From Folioceros fuciformis (Eukaryota), in the NCBI GenBank assembly GCA_049999805.1, contig JBNGIO010005225.1:1-64000 (forward strand): DNA of 64,000 bases, written 5' to 3'. Positions 59,482 through 64,000 of the stretch are shown in pieces. The position numbers were made by a program, and so were the translations under genes. The notes below the pieces were generated by a model. It had not been told where the DNA came from, did no database searches, and saw nothing but the letters and a program-made list of their open reading frames with translations. Positions within the stretch are counted from its first letter, which is position 1; the number at the start of each line of letters is the position of its first letter.

Positions 59482-60924
59482 TCATGAGGATGCAGGCAAA
59501 TCCTTCACAAAAGCATCAAGAGGCTTTCCGATGGAGAACACAATAAAGCCGATCTTTCTCAATGCCTCCACGTTGAGAAGGTTACGGCCATCAAAGATGA
59601 ATGCTGGCTTCTCCATGTTGTCGTATATTTTCTGATAGTCAAGGGTCTTGAACTCATCCCATTCGGTGATGATGCAAATGCCATGAGCTTTGTCGGCGGC
59701 GGCATAAGCATCCTTCTCGACCAGAACATGCTCCAAAGAAGCAGGGGTCTCGGGCTGCAGGTGCTGGGGATGATCCCAGTCAAACTTGCTCATGGTCAGA
59801 TCCTTCCTGATCTGTTCTTCAGTGACCTGGGGATCGTAGATGCTAAGTTTGGCCTTGTCTCCAATCAAACCCTGGCACACGTCAATGGCAGGTGTTTCTC
59901 GTGTATCACCAGTGTCTTTCTTGAAGGCAAAGCCGAAGATAGCCACCTTCTTGCCCGAGACAGTGTTGAACATGGATGAAACCACTCGCTTCACAAAGCG
60001 AGACTTCTGATAGTCGTTGATCTGCACCACCTGCTTCCAATAGTTAGCGACCTCTGTCAGCCCGTTGCATTCACAGATGTATACAAGGTTGAGGATGTCC
60101 TTCTGGAAGCAGGAGCCGCCAAACCCCACGCTGGAACTCAAGAAGCGTGATCCAATACGAGTATCCTTGCCGATGGCGTACGCCACTTCCGAAACATCAG
60201 CACCGGTAGCCTCGCAGAGGGCGGACATGGCATTGATGGAGGAGATCCTCTGCGCCAAGAACGCATTGGCCGCAAGCTTGGACAGTTCTGCAGACCACAG
60301 ATTTGTTGTGATGATGCGGTCTTCCGGCACCCAGTGAGCATAGACCGCCTTGAGAGCAGCAACAGCCTTCTGGCCCTCGGGAGTCGGTCGTCCACCAATC
60401 AACACACGGTCAGGGTTCTGCAAGTCCTCGATAGCAGTCCCTTCTGCCAGGAACTCAGGGTTGGACAAAATCTGGAAGTTGATGCCCTTGTTGCTGTGAG
60501 TCAAGATCTTCTCAATAGCCTCCGCCGTTTTCACCGGGACAGTGGACTTCTCCACGACAATCTTATCTGACTGGGAAACATCCGCGATCATGCGAGCAGC
60601 ACTCTCCCAGTACGTCAGATCTGCCGCCTTGCCAGCTCCCAGTCCTCTGGTCTTGGTCGGAGTGTTGACGGACACAAATATGATGTCGGCCTCGGCGACA
60701 TACTTCTCCACATCGCTGCTGAAGACGAGATTCTTTCCCCTGCAGGCCTTGACCACTTCATCAAGCCCCGGCTCGTAGATGGGAAGGTCATCGCTGTTCC
60801 AGGCAGCAATTCTCGGCTTGGAGATGTCGACAACGTTGACTTCAATGCCAGGGCACTTGAAAGCAATCATAGCCATCGTCGGGCCCCCGACGTATCCGGC
60901 ACCAATGCAGCATATCTTCACCAT
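59482..60924 (-). CDS. UGD: UDP-glucose 6-dehydrogenase, 480 aa, single coding exon (5'UTR intron at about 60958-61287)
   Basis: [62 protein letters not shown] and FDGRN. Confidence 0.97.
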   Translation of the reverse strand: MVKICCIGAGYVGGPTMAMIAFKCPGIEVNVVDISKPRIAAWNSDDLPIYEPGLDEVVKACRGKNLVFSSDVEKYVAEADIIFVSVNTPTKTRGLGAGKAADLTYWESAARMIADVSQSDKIVVEKSTVPVKTAEAIEKILTHSNKGINFQILSNPEFLAEGTAIEDLQNPDRVLIGGRPTPEGQKAVAALKAVYAHWVPEDRIITTNLWSAELSKLAANAFLAQRISSINAMSALCEATGADVSEVAYAIGKDTRIGSRFLSSSVGFGGSCFQKDILNLVYICECNGLTEVANYWKQVVQINDYQKSRFVKRVVSSMFNTVSGKKVAIFGFAFKKDTGDTRETPAIDVCQGLIGDKAKLSIYDPQVTEEQIRKDLTMSKFDWDHPQHLQPETPASLEHVLVEKDAYAAADKAHGICIITEWDEFKTLDYQKIYDNMEKPAFIFDGRNLLNVEALRKIGFIVFSIGKPLDAFVKDLPASS

Positions 60925-61256
60925 TTTGCAGATCTGGCCTTGGCCTTGACTGCGATCTGCCACACAAGCAAAACAGACAGACGTTAGCGAAACAAAAAAA
61001 GAGAAAAGAAAAAAAAAATGGAATAGACGGCAGCAAGCATCTGGCAAAACAGATATGCCTCATCCAGAGAGCCAGATCCAGAAACAAGCATGTGACAGTG
61101 ACCTCAAAAAACCGACACCAGCACAGATCGGGAAGCCTTGCACAAGCAAAACCCGTACAAAAGCTGAGAACTGCCTGGATCCCTTCCGTGCCAGCCAGGC
61201 TCCGCACGGATAGAGGATGAAGAAAACAACAAAACATGACTACGGTAACCACGACA

Positions 61257-61282
61257 AGAAGAAGAAGAAGAAGAAGAAGAAG
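61257..61282. repeat. (AAG)n microsatellite at the start of the UGD 5'UTR intron
   Basis: About 8 aag units. Confidence 0.9.
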
Positions 61283-62249
61283 CTCACAGCAGCCGAGGTA
61301 GCAGGATCAGGCGACGCAATGCCGACGCAGGCAGGGGAGGAGAAACAGACCTGGAAGAGAAGAAGCGATCTGCCTCGTCGATCGGCGCAAGACGCGTCAG
61401 ACTGGAGCTGGAGGAGAGCCGAGCAAGCGAAGACGCAGCAGCCCCTTGCGAGCTATGAGAAGCGGAGGAGCGCGATGCGATGGAGCAAGAGCAGGCAGAC
61501 GGCACAGAAATAGAGCGCGCTGGAGAGAAGGCGGAGGCGGAACGTGAGATCGCGGGCCCGCGTACGCGTAAAGAAAGGGAGACCGGGGTGGCGAATTCGA
61601 TTGTCCAGGCCGTCGTGGGGTCACGCCAAGCCTGGCGTAACTGGCGAGCCGCACTGCGCGTGGAGCTGGCTAGGGGGCCTCGCCAGTTCATCATTTCGGA
61701 CAGGCGAGAACGCCTGGAAGCAACGTGACGGGCATGGGAGCAGCCCGAGCTCGAACCCACGTGGAGTCACCTCTGGGCGACGGGGGCCGTCGGATGGTCC
61801 AGCGGACGGCGGGGATAGGCCGGGGAGGCTAACCATGCCTGCGGTGCATACGTCGATACATACATGTCTTTTACGTTCTGTCAAATCGTAAATTAGCGTA
61901 TACGAATTATCCATGGAGGTTCATACAAGCTCTCTGTCACCCTCTCTCTCATATCAGACTCCTTGGTCGATGGAGATGCTACCTGTTTTCGTCTGGAGCG
62001 ATGTCTCCAAAGAAAATGATATTTGCGCAGATGTGCAGATCCAGGTTGGACAGGATGTTAGATGTGAAGAAGAGTGTCGTAATGTGCAATCCAAACTCCC
62101 AGAAGATCTGGCATCCTTGTCTGGCTCGGGCTGGGGACGATGAGGGCATGGCGTGCTTGTATTGGGGACTCGGAACACGGGGTATTCAGAATGCAATGCG
62201 GGTTTCAGCCGAGCGATTGGCTCCGGAGTCTGTGTGTCTGCCCATTCCA

Positions 62250-63900
62250 TGGCCTGGCCCCAGCTGCCGGGGCAGGAAAGGAAAGGATTACGGGATGTGG
62301 TGATGGACTGTATGCTACAATTGTGCCGCCTAAAAACACGCAAGGATCCATCCTTCTACGGTAGTTGATGGAGGAAAGTGTGGAAAGCATGCCTGTCCAG
62401 AAGTGGCAGATGTGTTTCTAAATCGGTACCAGGTGCGGGCGAGACTGCACGGAGGTCTGGTTGCGAGACACAGGCTGTCGCTGCAAACGGCGGTGTGTGC
62501 GCTGGTACCGTGCAATGGAATTGCCAAGGGGTTTAGGGATCGGGCTTCATCGCGTGGGGAGTGGATCTTCTGTGCCTGCCTGGAGCGCGGGGCTTCCTCC
62601 TTGCTTCCGGGGCGGCATGGGCTGGTACGGGGTCTGCGTTTGTGAGAATCCGAGCGGACATTGGCGGATGGTGATGGCCTTGGGGGTTTGCAGGGCATGC
62701 AATGAGCGGTACGGGAGCAACTGTTGAGCCTCTGGGAGGTGTGATGAGACATGGAATGTGGTGGTTTCCAACCTGGTCGTGCATCCGCCGTGAAGAGTGC
62801 TTGTACAAGGCAGAAATGTTCATGAAACCTGGTGATGGTGGCAGGTTGCGTAGCAAGGGCTTGGCGTGTGTGCACCGGCGTTGCGGAAGCAGAGGCCTTC
62901 TTGTGGTCTTCTTCTGGATCTTCGCTCATTCGTGGAGCGAGAGAAGGTTCAGGGTTGTTGAGCTAGTGATTCCATGCACACCACCACAACCGTCCGGTGA
63001 GCGAATTTGAGCGGGAGCATGCTGATGTGCTGATGTGCTGGCGGGCGAGGGCGGGCTTCATCCATTTTGCTTAATTGATGGACATTGCGTGTATGCAAAA
63101 ATGCGGCAGGCTGTGAAAGTAAGTCTTGGAAGAGTTCAGGTGGTTTGGTTCATTCGGGAGCAACACTCTTGAACAGGGGAGGAAAGGACGGATCTGAACT
63201 GACAGGATACTCCCAGCAGGGCATGGGTCAGCAAACAAGCTCTGCCTGCCGAGCGCCTCCGCTAGGAGAAGGCAGTTTCCTGTATCCGACGCTGTGCGAA
63301 GAGAGGCATGCGGTTACGTGTGTGCAGCTCTTTAAGGAGAAAGTAGCAACGCCAAGCCGTTGCCGCTAACCCTATTCCTTCATAAGGAGAGGGCAGTGTC
63401 CTGTACCCGACGCTGTGCAGAGAGAGAGAGAGCCATGTGGAAGTGTGTGTGCAACTTCTTCGTGAGAACGAGCAACTAGAAGCCGCTGCCAATCCGCTGA
63501 CCCGATTTCTTCTTATTTTTTTGCTTGTAGCTTGCAGTCAGGTGAGCGTGCATGCTGTGTGCGGTGGCAGGGAAGACTCCTGGCTGTAGAAAGACGCTGA
63601 GAAGGTCCTGATGCCCCCCAGCCAGGCAGGTGTTTGATCGATGTGTTACCTGGATCCTATAGACCCAAATTGCATTGCAGGAAAGGACACGACACTCCGC
63701 CTGAGAAACGTCGTCCCAAAGCCTGGAAGAACAAGACTCCGCTCTTCGCAGGTAGGGCTGGTCCCTCGGATCTGCACTGCACTGAATGAGCCCCGCACGA
63801 AAAGATAGCGCACAGGCAGTGATCTGAAGCAAGGACGCAGGCTCCACCACGCAAGAAGTATGTTGTGAAGATGGGGAAGGCAAGGCCTGGACCGGATCAG
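62250..63900 (+). pseudogene. Highly decayed PLS-class PPR remnant
   Basis: Scattered motif fragments in different frames: DVFLN (62410), tatgcaaaaatgcggcaggctg (YAK/CGRL, about 63092), GYSQQGMGQ (63205-63231), ARQVFDR..VTW (about 63621-63653) and DLKQGRRLH (63821-63847). Confidence 0.6.
63264..63495. repeat. Imperfect tandem duplication, about 120-bp unit x2
   Basis: aggaga.ggcagt.tcctgta.ccgacgctgtgc..gtgtgtgca.ct.tt..gagaa..agcaac..aagccg.tgcc at 63264 and 63385. Confidence 0.8.
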
Positions 63901-64000
63901 AGACATTATTCGTTACGGCGCGGGCGAGCTGAGGGAGGTAACGAGTTCAGGGTACGGGTGAACGCCGAGTGGATGCTCGATGCCCAGGGCACCCACGCTA

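Noticed and set aside
59482-60924. Intronless UGD as a retrogene or horizontal transfer
   Set aside because: Plant UGD coding regions are normally intronless with a 5'UTR intron, and the protein is a typical plant UGD.
61913-62143. VVMCNPNSQKIW resembling an F-box-associated repeat
   Set aside because: A single short motif with no F-box or further repeats in frame.

Overview
Eukaryotic nuclear DNA from a compact, gene-dense land-plant genome with short GT-AG introns. The long-motif PLS-PPR gene with a 'QSWW' PG-box variant points to a hornwort (Anthoceros-like); this is an inference. Three 100-N scaffold gaps are present. Genes, in order: kinesin-14, ferredoxin FdC1, an ALA2-type P4-ATPase with an intronless CDS, a decayed TE/minisatellite island (about 9.9-16.2 kb) holding an intron-containing DDE integrase pseudogene, a SEC14 protein, a PLS-PPR pseudogene followed by an intact PLS-E PPR with a truncated DYW region, BUD31, an FGGY kinase, PPR5, a roughly 1700-aa HARE-HTH-like/WRC/EAR protein, OHP2, MED17, an ICME-like esterase, a DnaJ (ATJ6-like), a BOR borate exporter, tRNA-Ser(AGA), LFR, UGD and a second PLS-PPR pseudogene. 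The most notable observations are the HARE-HTH+WRC+EAR protein, the intron-bearing IS3/IS481-type integrase relic, PPR editing-factor birth and death, and an AUG-stop/uORF cluster upstream of BOR. A Nextera/Tn5 adapter sequence assembled into the DnaJ exon is a probable artefact. No multi-gene novel system can be demonstrated from the sequence alone.
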